Shown here: positions 55,682-64,000 of the stretch, piece after piece
How positions within the stretch are numbered: position 1 is the first letter of the stretch
How the letters are laid out: each line of letters opens with the position of its first letter
Virus record (IMG/VR): IMGVR_UViG_3300030202_000991
Reading direction: 5' to 3' (one strand)
DNA from: an uncultured virus (IMG/VR IMGVR_UViG_3300030202_000991)
Taxonomy: Duplodnaviria > Heunggongvirae > Uroviricota > Caudoviricetes
Length of the DNA stretch: 64,000 nt
The notes under the pieces: model-generated
Databases searched by the model: none
What the model was told of the DNA's origin: nothing
What the model saw: the letters and a program-made list of their open reading frames with translations, nothing else
Translations under genes and position numbers: made by a program

Positions 55682-57570
55682 TAGCCCCTCCTACCATCAG
55701 GACGCATCTCTAAACGTGGTATGCCTAGCTTCCAAGTAACTCCAGCCGCTGTGGACTCTAGCTTAAAAGACATTTGCCTACCCCGTACCCGTGTATCTAC
55801 TATGCCAGTAAAAGCCTCAATAGGTGTCGTAGCTGTACGAGTAACAGTAGCGTTATCACTACCTCCTACTGAAGCAGGGCTATAGTAGCCAGACCCAGAA
55901 TCTTTTAACGGTAATAAAGTAACAACAGCACTAGGAGAACCTGTGGTAGAACCTTCAAAGGTCAAATCAGGTAACATCTTGTTTATTAACATAAATCTGT
56001 CACCGTCATCCAAATCAAACTGGGAAGAGGTGATACTGGCTGTTATGGCTGCTGGAGTGCCTGTTTCGTTATCATCCACACCTTTCTCTTGATTGATTAA
56101 TTTACCATCGAACGTAGCGGCTATTGGAAAGTCCCGTAAGTCAGAGTCTATCCACGCTGAACGTGACAACGTGCCGTAATACCAGATGTTTTCTACGTAG
56201 TTATACACAACATAACGGTCATTACGAGTCACCCCAGAGGAACAGTAAAACCACCATATTTCATCAAACTCTTCGTTTGACCCACATATAATTTGCTCTG
56301 CCTGTTCACTGTTAAAATCGTCAAATACATAGCTGCGTACCGAACAAGGCAGTGTTTTAACTGTACCATCGTAGTAATAGAACTTACTTGTGCCCATCCA
56401 ATAGGCAATATTATTAGAGTAAACGGCTGCATTAGGGCTGGCTATGGTAATGTTAGACCCCAATAGGGTTGCACCCCACACCACAGGCGCACCTAGATAT
56501 TGTAATCCATACATAGCCGAGTCAGTCCATACCAATATTTCTTGACGTGCTTGTACAGCCTGAATGATTTCCGTACCTTCGGAAAGACTGAGACTTCCCG
56601 CTTGATTAGTAGCGGTAGGGTTCCAATCAGCAATATCTTCTTGGTCAGACCACCGTAAAAGCATAGGGTCTAAAGTAGAACTACCTACGGCATTTACACC
56701 AAAACAAAAAGCAAACCTGAATACATCTGATACAAAAGCAATATTAGCCACAGTAGGCACTTGTGCTGCACCACCTAAAGAACTTACTAACACTCCTCTT
56801 GTAGTAACGCCACTACCTGCGTCCCAGTAATACAAAGCGCCGTTTCTATGGACAAAAAACAAGTCTTCCCCAAAGTTAGCCTGACTCCAAAGACGCATTC
56901 CAGCAAGAGTAGTGCCGCCTGTACCCCATGTGCCTGAACTCCATGTACCTGCACCCCACCCAGTAAACGGAACTTCTATTTCGTTTCCGGTATTAATTTG
57001 ATAAGTACCTACAGTACTAGACCCTCCATTACCTGAGTCTCCCGCAGAAGCAGTAACTGTACTGCCAGAGGTGTCTTTGGCTTCTACGGTGTAAGAGTTA
57101 TCATTTACTTTAGTTGCTATCTGGTACTCTTGGTTTAGAACAGCAGCCGTAATATTTCCACCCAAAGAAACAGCACCGCTAAAAGTAACAAAATCGTTAA
57201 CAACCGCTCCATGTGCAGTGTCCGTAACAGTAATAGTGGCATCGCCGTTTACAGCCGCAAAAGTAACATCTCCCGCTGCTGTAGTTAACCTAATAGGAGT
57301 AATGTCGTTATAAGCCCCGCCTCTTTCAATGTAGTACTTAAGGTTAGTACCTACAGAAACAAGATTCTGAAGACTTAAAGTAGCCCAGTTATGTAAAGAG
57401 CGTGCTACTCCTAGATAAGTATTAGCAGACAGTCGTTCCCAACCACCTATCTTTTGAGGCAACCCCCTTCTAAACCGCACCTTTTCAGTTTCGTACCAAG
57501 AACCTTCAGCCGCATAACGGGTGTTTTCTCGGTCTACTCCTGCTTTAAACTGTACTTTTTTGTAAGGCAT
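55681..57570 (-). CDS. Putative tail nozzle / DNA stabilization protein
   Basis: 629 aa beta-propeller-like; LRWSDQED, EIWWFY, YVVYNY, MRPDGRR C-terminus. Confidence 0.6.
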   Translation of the reverse strand: MPYKKVQFKAGVDRENTRYAAEGSWYETEKVRFRRGLPQKIGGWERLSANTYLGVARSLHNWATLSLQNLVSVGTNLKYYIERGGAYNDITPIRLTTAAGDVTFAAVNGDATITVTDTAHGAVVNDFVTFSGAVSLGGNITAAVLNQEYQIATKVNDNSYTVEAKDTSGSTVTASAGDSGNGGSSTVGTYQINTGNEIEVPFTGWGAGTWSSGTWGTGGTTLAGMRLWSQANFGEDLFFVHRNGALYYWDAGSGVTTRGVLVSSLGGAAQVPTVANIAFVSDVFRFAFCFGVNAVGSSTLDPMLLRWSDQEDIADWNPTATNQAGSLSLSEGTEIIQAVQARQEILVWTDSAMYGLQYLGAPVVWGATLLGSNITIASPNAAVYSNNIAYWMGTSKFYYYDGTVKTLPCSVRSYVFDDFNSEQAEQIICGSNEEFDEIWWFYCSSGVTRNDRYVVYNYVENIWYYGTLSRSAWIDSDLRDFPIAATFDGKLINQEKGVDDNETGTPAAITASITSSQFDLDDGDRFMLINKMLPDLTFEGSTTGSPSAVVTLLPLKDSGSGYYSPASVGGSDNATVTRTATTPIEAFTGIVDTRVRGRQMSFKLESTAAGVTWKLGIPRLEMRPDGRRG

Positions 57571-58004
57571 TACTCTACATACTCGCCTGTTTTAATTAAG
57601 TCGGTAAGCTCTAATGCTCTACCACCCACTTGTTTAGCCCAACGTGAGTCTAAGAACTCAGTAGCCGCTTCTGCGTATTCTTCCCGTTCCATCGCAGATA
57701 AAGCACGTTTAAAACCTCGTAAACGAGTTGCACCAAGATTAAAGCTAATGTCAATCATAGCATCTCTACGTACATCATCTAGCTTGTTAAACCACGGATA
57801 CTCTTTTGCTAACTCCTTGATAACACGTTCAATATCGTTTTCAAGCAAGTATTCTACTTCATCTTCTGACAGACCCATGCCGCCGCGTTGGTCAATGTTT
57901 CGCCCTACCCCTACAGTAATCTTTCCTTCAGAACACTCGTAAGCATGGGTTTCTACACCTTCATGGCGCTTTAACATGGCAATTAACTTTTCCATTTTAC
58001 TCAC
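57570..58004 (-). CDS. Endolysin, GH24/T4-like lysozyme
   Basis: HEG, TVGVGRNI, DISFNLG, DSRWAKQV. Confidence 0.9.
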   Translation of the reverse strand: MSKMEKLIAMLKRHEGVETHAYECSEGKITVGVGRNIDQRGGMGLSEDEVEYLLENDIERVIKELAKEYPWFNKLDDVRRDAMIDISFNLGATRLRGFKRALSAMEREEYAEAATEFLDSRWAKQVGGRALELTDLIKTGEYVE

Positions 58005-58468
58005 TTCGTACTAGACCCAGAGAACCAAAATGCCGCCATAGTCCCCAGAATACCGCTTAATTGACCTAGCACCAGTGAGATAATAGTCTCATCATTCTGG
58101 TCATGGGGCATTATTGTTACGGTTAAGACATACGCTCCGTACAGCAGTAACGCCAGTATTCCAAACACTTTAGGAGTCCAGTCGTTCTTAAAAGTTTCTC
58201 TAGCGTGTTGTCTGTCTTCTAACTCGGACTTAAAAGATTCCAAGTCAATTTCCATTTCTTTAATACGGTCTTTAAACTCGGTATCTGCTTCCTTCAACAG
58301 CACTGCTTTCTCAGGCTCTCGCTCAATAATGTCTTCTATTTCATTAGCTGTAGCGTCTGGCACACCAAGTTTCTGTGCAGCCATTTTAACTGCCATACCT
58401 GCCATAGGCCCACCTGCTGCACTAGCTATAGTAGGGGCAAGAGACTTAAGTAATCCACCTAGTTTCAT
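58001..58468 (-). CDS. Putative holin-like membrane protein
   Basis: Two C-terminal TM helices, FWFSGSS end; adjacent to endolysin. Confidence 0.55.
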   Translation of the reverse strand: MKLGGLLKSLAPTIASAAGGPMAGMAVKMAAQKLGVPDATANEIEDIIEREPEKAVLLKEADTEFKDRIKEMEIDLESFKSELEDRQHARETFKNDWTPKVFGILALLLYGAYVLTVTIMPHDQNDETIISLVLGQLSGILGTMAAFWFSGSSTK

Positions 58469-58510
58469 ATAACATCAACCATAGTTTAATCAACGCTTCA
58501 GCGTTGTTAA

Positions 58511-58720
58511 TTACTTTCCCGTAGAGTCTTCCTCCACGATCTCGTCAATCGTATCGCATACGTCTGGTATGGCTATGCCAGTAGTCACCTCAGTAGTGAC
58601 GCGCCCTACAGCCCGTATGCCTTTGTATATCCCAGAGCAGTACAGTTCTTTGTTGGCTATCATCTCCTCAGAGACTGTACAACCAGCCATTAGTACACAC
58701 AACGCAACAATTCTAACCAT
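58511..58720 (-). CDS. Small lipoprotein (spanin-like)
   Basis: ATG at 58720 after GAGG; signal peptide with LMAGC lipobox. Confidence 0.55.
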   Translation of the reverse strand: MVRIVALCVLMAGCTVSEEMIANKELYCSGIYKGIRAVGRVTTEVTTGIAIPDVCDTIDEIVEEDSTGK

Positions 58721-59462
58721 CTTTAACCTCATTAATAAGTGTTTTTAATTCTTTTACTTCTTCTTCACTAAGTTTAAGTTCTTCGTTTTGATTATCTAAA
58801 AACCCCTCTAACCGTTCTTTATAGCCTCCCATAAAGTGGTCAGTAATCCGGTCTTTTAACCCACCTCTGTCTTTATCCCGTAAATCTTTTGTAGGATCAA
58901 TAAAGTCTTGCCCACTATTGGCAAAGTACAGCATAGTCTGTGACTTAGAAGGGCCATAGCAAATGCGGGGTATACGCGCCACCATGTCAGAACCAGCCAC
59001 GCAGGAAATTTGTTTATCTAACGTCATAGGGCGTTTAAATCCCTTGAAGAACGTATTCGGCTTACCAAAGGTAATAAGATTGAGGTTAGGGTGTTTCTTC
59101 CACAACTTAGCCGCTGTTAGCTCTGCTAACGCACCACCAAGACTATGCCCACAGACTAGTGTACGTTTCTTCATATCTAGGTGTTTTTTAATCTTACGCC
59201 ACACTGAAGCATGGGCAGCTACAAACCCGCCGTGGCACAACCTACCTGCGTAAGGTACGGGTACTACCATTGCATCGGTTAGCCAATCTTGGCCTTGTTG
59301 TGTACCCCTGAATGCAATCACATCTATCGTCTTACGTTTAGCTATATATACAGTAGTAGAGGTTAGTCGGCTTTCTATCTTGATGGACTTTTTGTTCTCA
59401 TCATCGTACGCCTTCATACTCCACGAGCAAGCCATATTAAGTAGTACAGGGTCTAGTTTCAT
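58713..59462 (-). CDS. Class 3 lipase (alpha/beta hydrolase)
   Basis: IAFRGT, HGGF, GHSLGGALA nucleophile elbow, TFGKP, DMVARIP, DH. Confidence 0.9.
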   Translation of the reverse strand: MKLDPVLLNMACSWSMKAYDDENKKSIKIESRLTSTTVYIAKRKTIDVIAFRGTQQGQDWLTDAMVVPVPYAGRLCHGGFVAAHASVWRKIKKHLDMKKRTLVCGHSLGGALAELTAAKLWKKHPNLNLITFGKPNTFFKGFKRPMTLDKQISCVAGSDMVARIPRICYGPSKSQTMLYFANSGQDFIDPTKDLRDKDRGGLKDRITDHFMGGYKERLEGFLDNQNEELKLSEEEVKELKTLINEVKDG

Positions 59463-59959
59463 TACTCAGCACCTAATCCAAATATTAAAAATACTACTCC
59501 AAAAATTACTATGACTGTTCCTATCACCCACCCAAACATTACCGCTAAGTCGTGTATTAAAGCGTCTTCCTGTTTGGTTGCTGCCGCTTTCGCTTTCTTC
59601 TTAACTGCTCTTTTCTTCTCAATCTTAGCGGCCTCTGCTTTGATCTTAACCCAACGGTGGGTTTGTCCTTTACGTGAGTAATGGTCACGTATTTTGTTCA
59701 TCATCTTTTCAATGCGCTCTTCCTGCTGGTCAATAGTAATGGCTTCCTCTAAAGCACTTCCTATCATTATGTCGTCATCACCAGCCAAACGTGCCCTTGT
59801 AATATGCTCCTCAACTTTTTTCTTAGCAGTAAAGAAACGGCCCACTTCACCAGCCATATCCTCCACTTCTTTCTTTTTAGCAATCGCACCCTGAACCATG
59901 ACAAATGCGCTGTCCAAGGCTTTAATCGCTATCATCGCTTCCCCAATCATTTGTACCAC
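59462..59959 (-). CDS. Coiled-coil protein with C-terminal TM helix
   Basis: 165 aa; hydrophobic C-terminus. Confidence 0.65.
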   Translation of the reverse strand: MVQMIGEAMIAIKALDSAFVMVQGAIAKKKEVEDMAGEVGRFFTAKKKVEEHITRARLAGDDDIMIGSALEEAITIDQQEERIEKMMNKIRDHYSRKGQTHRWVKIKAEAAKIEKKRAVKKKAKAAATKQEDALIHDLAVMFGWVIGTVIVIFGVVFLIFGLGAE

Positions 59960-60141
59960 CTCGACTCGTTATCTGCGTTAATATGGCGGCAATGTGCCGA
60001 AATGTCGGGTGCTTCGGGTTGGTTATTTAACCTTTGGGCAAAATACAGGCAACGGTCTATGTCTTTAAAACACAGAGCTTCCTCGCAAGTCTGCGATACT
60101 GTTTGCCCACCTATAGAAACCATCAGGATAAATAACACCAT
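59947..60141 (-). CDS. Small secreted/membrane Cys-containing protein
   Basis: Hydrophobic N-terminus; FKDIDRCLYFAQRL. Confidence 0.55.
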   Translation of the reverse strand: MVLFILMVSIGGQTVSQTCEEALCFKDIDRCLYFAQRLNNQPEAPDISAHCRHINADNESRWYK

Positions 60142-60150
60142 GACTCATAC

Positions 60151-60861
60151 TTACCAATCGCCTGTCCAATGTTTTAAGCCGAACTCTTTGTAAAGTTTAC
60201 GTTTTTCTGTTTCCCAATCTAACTTCAGCGCACCATTTTTATAGATAACAGTATCATATGGCGGGTCTTCATCGTAAACCTTTATAAATCCGCTAGTACT
60301 GGCTTGTTGCTTAATTCTTTCAAAAACCTCTACCTCGGGGTCTGGATCAATCATTTCTCCACAAAGTGTTTGCGTAACAGCGTGCATATAAGTTTGTGGC
60401 CCTAAAAAATAAATATTATCGTGTCCTTCTATTAACCTTTGCACGTACAAAGAAGCCGCATAGTTATACGTTGGGTTTTCAGGTGCTGTCATCATAAAAT
60501 CATGTGAGAAATCATAGTCTCTACATATAGGTAAAACCCACTTATCCCCTTCTTCTAACAAGCTATCAAAGCTAGTATTACAAAAACGATCTATATCCAT
60601 ATAAACACCACCTTCGATAAACAGTTTGACTAAACGCCAAAGGTCTGTTTTCTGGACTATGTGTTTATCTTGGATCAATTCATAATGCTGTGGTTCTAAT
60701 TGCTCTTTTAAGTAAGCGTCTACTTCTGCATCATCATAAATAGTAACTTCCCAATTTGGGTTTAGCTCAATAACTCTTTTGACTCCCTCCACCACTAAGG
60801 GATTTGTACTTTCAAGAATACTTTTGTCTTTCCACGACATATGTACTGTTTTAGGAATCAT
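60151..60861 (-). CDS. Glycosyltransferase family 32 (OCH1-like, DXD)
   Basis: MIPKTVHMSW, DLWRL, GGVYMDID, GP. Confidence 0.85.
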   Translation of the reverse strand: MIPKTVHMSWKDKSILESTNPLVVEGVKRVIELNPNWEVTIYDDAEVDAYLKEQLEPQHYELIQDKHIVQKTDLWRLVKLFIEGGVYMDIDRFCNTSFDSLLEEGDKWVLPICRDYDFSHDFMMTAPENPTYNYAASLYVQRLIEGHDNIYFLGPQTYMHAVTQTLCGEMIDPDPEVEVFERIKQQASTSGFIKVYDEDPPYDTVIYKNGALKLDWETEKRKLYKEFGLKHWTGDW

Positions 60862-61282
60862 TAGCTTTTAAATTTTTTCCTATATGCAAAAGTAGTTCAT
60901 GTTCTACTTTAGCTAAAGTATCTATATTAGTAACACGCATATCATACTGCGAAGGACGTTCAAACATTTTGTTAGTATCTGTGTATTCAGAAATTTGCAC
61001 CGTGTCCATCCAAACCACCAAATCAGCGTTTAGTTTTTTACGCCATGCGTCTATAGGGCAAATGAAATCTAAAAAAACTAACCCTTTTTTATAATTAGCC
61101 GCTTCTTTCATCCGGTTAAACTGTCTAAACCTTCCCTCCATAGAAAAGTCCCAATCGTGCAAAGCCGCCCTAACTTCATCGGCGTTAATGTGACAACCTC
61201 CATGCTTTGCTACAAGTGACTTAGCCAACGTTGTTTTTCCGCTGTTGGGTAAACCAGTAAGTAACACCACACACTTTTTCAT
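60851..61282 (-). CDS. cysC: Adenylyl-sulfate (APS) kinase-like P-loop kinase
   Basis: LTGLPNSGKTTLA, NADEVR, DFSMEGR, FICP, FERP; shorter than cellular CysC. Confidence 0.65.
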   Translation of the reverse strand: MKKCVVLLTGLPNSGKTTLAKSLVAKHGGCHINADEVRAALHDWDFSMEGRFRQFNRMKEAANYKKGLVFLDFICPIDAWRKKLNADLVVWMDTVQISEYTDTNKMFERPSQYDMRVTNIDTLAKVEHELLLHIGKNLKANDS

Positions 61283-61977
61283 ATTTTCAAATCATCGTTG
61301 CGGGTAGTGCTTCGGCCTTCTAGTGGCCTCCCTTTAATGGTCGTATCTAATTTATCGCCATCCCATTTGTTGTAGGCATAAACACCCATTTGATGGATAG
61401 GAAATAAATCAGCTCTTAATAAAATGTCTAACGGCCCTGTAAGCCCGTATTTAATAACGTAAGCCAACATACTTTTAGCTACCGCAGGATCAATAGCGTA
61501 GGCATGAGCGCGACAAATAAAATGATAATTTGGGCCTTCGCTTGCATGAGGAGGAGTTGGTAACACATCCCATCCCTGTTGTACTTGTTCATGGCTTCCT
61601 AAATAACAAATAGAATTATAAACAGCGTGTTTGGTATAGGGCTTCACCATTATGCTGTCATGCTCCAAGACCACCAAAGGCTTATCTTCTGTTACACATT
61701 TTGCCCATAACGAAATATGGGAAAGAGCGCAAGCAACTTCTCCTCTTGTCATGTAATGGTCTATAATTTTAACGCAATCCATAATCGGGTTATGGTGATC
61801 CGGTGCTTGTATTTCCCCTTCAATTCCGTTGTAAGCGTCCCAATACTCATACTGTTGCCCTATCTGCTCACAAGAAGCTGCACAATCTTTGGCCTTACGC
61901 TCAGAGTCTTCAAGTCCTTTGACCCGAATAATATACGCTGAGTCAATTTTTAAATTGTAGGAGAAAAAAAGATTCAC
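61279..61977 (-). CDS. Glycosyltransferase family 25-like protein
   Basis: AYII, WDAY, GEVACALSHISLW, VVLEHD, AHAYAI, PLD. Confidence 0.8.
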   Translation of the reverse strand: MNLFFSYNLKIDSAYIIRVKGLEDSERKAKDCAASCEQIGQQYEYWDAYNGIEGEIQAPDHHNPIMDCVKIIDHYMTRGEVACALSHISLWAKCVTEDKPLVVLEHDSIMVKPYTKHAVYNSICYLGSHEQVQQGWDVLPTPPHASEGPNYHFICRAHAYAIDPAVAKSMLAYVIKYGLTGPLDILLRADLFPIHQMGVYAYNKWDGDKLDTTIKGRPLEGRSTTRNDDLKI

Positions 61978-62387
61978 TCTAAACCATCCACATCATCATG
62001 TGTTTCAGTAGCATTAATGGCATCTATACGAGCTTCATACGTTGTTTGCGCGGTGGCTACAGCAGAAGCGTCGTACTGAGTTGTAGGGTAGTTATCTATT
62101 TCTTTGGCTAACTCTCTTCTTACTACGGCATCAAAATCAGCATTTGCTGAAGCAACTAAGCCTTCTTTGCGCTCACTTACCGTATAGTCTCTCTTGCCCC
62201 ACACAATTTGTGCTGGAGTAGTATCTAGGTTAAAAGTATGCGTAGTAAGTTGTTCCCGATTAGGGGTAATATCTGGCAAAACTTCTACTGCTTCACGCCA
62301 GCCTTTTTCATTATTTGGCGCAGTGTCCCAAACTTCCTTCACTTCCCCGTCGATAACTTGAATCCAAAAACCCGTATTCGTCGGCAT
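61974..62387 (-). CDS. Hypothetical 137-aa protein; paralog of 290..703
   Basis: AGGAGG RBS; same length and similar sequence. Confidence 0.7.
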   Translation of the reverse strand: MPTNTGFWIQVIDGEVKEVWDTAPNNEKGWREAVEVLPDITPNREQLTTHTFNLDTTPAQIVWGKRDYTVSERKEGLVASANADFDAVVRRELAKEIDNYPTTQYDASAVATAQTTYEARIDAINATETHDDVDGLE

Positions 62388-64000
62388 TGTAACCTCCTAA
62401 ATTGTTCAGTTGTTTGTGTATTTGTGTAAAAGGCTTGTCCCAATCACCATAAGCTACTTGCCTAAATAATTTTACATTGTTATACCACTCGGTAGTTTCC
62501 CCTGATTTTGCCCAAAGGTAGTATGGAAGAACAGGAATTATTATCCAAGTGTCTATTCCCATTGCCGCTGATAGGTGAGCTACAGAAGTACATGAAGTAA
62601 TTACTAAATCACAGGTTGCAATGGCGTGTCGAGTGTCGCCCCAATGTTGAAGTGGAACTTCCTTTACCCATTCTGGTTTATGCTGCGAACCCTCGTCACG
62701 CTGTAAAGATATAAAATCTGCCTCTATATCCTTTACTGCATCAAACAACTTACTGCTCGGAAATAATCTGTGCTGTTCATGTTCAAACTCAGGATTGCCT
62801 TGCCATCTAAGTCCTATTCGTAATTTTTTATTCACAGAAGTTAAAGGTTTAGAAATATAAGGTGATCCGTCAATATCAGCATACTGCAACCCAAGGGGTA
62901 TTACAGCAGACATAGCAGGAACCCAAAAATCGTGTACGACACCACCCGCAGCTTCGGTTACAACCACGGCACTAACGCCCGAAATGTCTCGAAAAAGACT
63001 TGTTAACTCTGGAGAACAAGCCACAACCACATCGCAACCTTTTTTTACAATGTAGCGCACCATTCCTGCACCGTGGATCTGATCTCCTAAACCACCCTCA
63101 AGGTTAAGCAAGACTGTACCTTTGCTTTTTCCATCCCAAAGAGGCACTGGCGAACCGGGATTAAGGTTACCAAAAACTTTTTCAATTCGCCCTCGCATAA
63201 GAAGTTTATGCCCTTCTAAAAGATCCCCTCTTCGTAATTCATACCAACCGCGATTAAAAGCCGCTCGGTCATTACGGGGTTCTTCACGACCAAGTTCGTC
63301 CCCTATTTCTGCTGCTTCGTCTAAATTACCAAGCAACCCTGCTGCCAACATTCTGTCTAATTTATGTAAGGAAAGACGTGAATTTGTCTCACCTTGCCAA
63401 AAACGAGGTTGGACAAAATCTCTGTATAGATGCTGTAAAACATCTTGTGCTGGGGGAACAATAGCTTGTTTTAATTGTTTACGAACATCATGTAACCCTT
63501 TAATTCCCCAAACCTCCTCATCTTTTTCGTGAAGGCCAGTAGCATCAATATTGTCCGTATCGTAGGTATGGGGAGAAAGTTCTAAAAACTGTTCTACTTC
63601 CCGCAATATTTTTACAGGGTTTTTGTTTAACTGTTCATATTCTACATAGTGAATATGTTCTTTCATCCAATGATGGGCTTTTAATAAATCCACATAAGAT
63701 CGTTTGATGTGTTCAACATAAGGCGATTCACGTAAAAAAAGAGCGGTTTCACTAGGCTTTGCAATACGCACCATCGAAGCCACACAATCTTCCACATTAC
63801 GAACGGTAGCAATAATCTTAGGGGGGTAACCTAAAGATGTTTTCATTGTAGAAATGTTTTTGGGTTTTACCCAACTTCTATTTTTATCTAAAACAACCTT
63901 TTCTTTTACAGATTTATATTTAGCGCCACACACGGCTTTAATTACATCGTGGACTTCTTGTTTAAAAGTAGCTTGAATATTGGCTTTTTCAGAAGAATCC
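62311..64000 (-). CDS. Sulfotransferase - TPR - GT9-like fusion, partial (start beyond window end); paralog of 627..2450
   Basis: Frame stays open from 63933 to 64000; same motifs as copy 1. Confidence 0.85.
   Translation of the reverse strand, partial: DSSEKANIQATFKQEVHDVIKAVCGAKYKSVKEKVVLDKNRSWVKPKNISTMKTSLGYPPKIIATVRNVEDCVASMVRIAKPSETALFLRESPYVEHIKRSYVDLLKAHHWMKEHIHYVEYEQLNKNPVKILREVEQFLELSPHTYDTDNIDATGLHEKDEEVWGIKGLHDVRKQLKQAIVPPAQDVLQHLYRDFVQPRFWQGETNSRLSLHKLDRMLAAGLLGNLDEAAEIGDELGREEPRNDRAAFNRGWYELRRGDLLEGHKLLMRGRIEKVFGNLNPGSPVPLWDGKSKGTVLLNLEGGLGDQIHGAGMVRYIVKKGCDVVVACSPELTSLFRDISGVSAVVVTEAAGGVVHDFWVPAMSAVIPLGLQYADIDGSPYISKPLTSVNKKLRIGLRWQGNPEFEHEQHRLFPSSKLFDAVKDIEADFISLQRDEGSQHKPEWVKEVPLQHWGDTRHAIATCDLVITSCTSVAHLSAAMGIDTWIIIPVLPYYLWAKSGETTEWYNNVKLFRQVAYGDWDKPFTQIHKQLNNLGGYNADEYGFLDSSYRRGSEGSLGHCAK

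Larger units (their letters stand above)
61688..64000. repeat. Diverged long direct repeat, copy 2 (copy 1 at 1..~2310)
   Basis: Collinear with window start at an offset of about 61687. Confidence 0.9.

Noticed and set aside
61688..64000. Exact terminal direct repeat indicating a closed circular genome
   Set aside because: The two copies differ at many positions and in protein sequence, so this is not a simple assembly overlap or DTR

Overview
The window holds what looks like most or all of a ~62-64 kb dsDNA tailed phage genome, probably podovirus-like (no sheath, tail tube or long tape measure seen) and probably from an aquatic metagenome. It has two arms that diverge at about 20.1-20.5 kb. 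The + arm (20.5-42.7 kb) carries small early genes, a repeat-rich non-coding control/origin region, a DUF3150-like/AAA+/vWA-peptidase triad, nucleases, a family A DNA polymerase, an SNF2 helicase, an SSB and a primase-helicase. The - arm carries TerS, TerL, portal, GroES, scaffold, major capsid, small basic proteins, head-tail and tail-fibre genes and an RCC1-repeat protein (20.1 kb down to 1). It also carries a glycosylation/sulfation cassette, lipase and lysis genes, tail proteins and large internal virion proteins (64 kb down to 42.8 kb). The most notable observations are: (1) five CsrA/RsmA-type CANGGANG hairpins in early-region intergenic gaps; (2) a recurrent [MFYL]xxGG motif shared by small basic proteins and large internal proteins, together with a tape-measure-type GEFV C-terminal domain, suggesting a capsid-loading or processing code; (3) a diverged duplicate sulfotransferase-TPR-GT9 / GT25 cassette with an APS-kinase-like gene at the two window ends; (4) an iteron array bracketed by a perfect 25-bp inverted repeat; (5) two candidate structured RNAs. 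All family calls come from motif recognition by eye; no searches were run.
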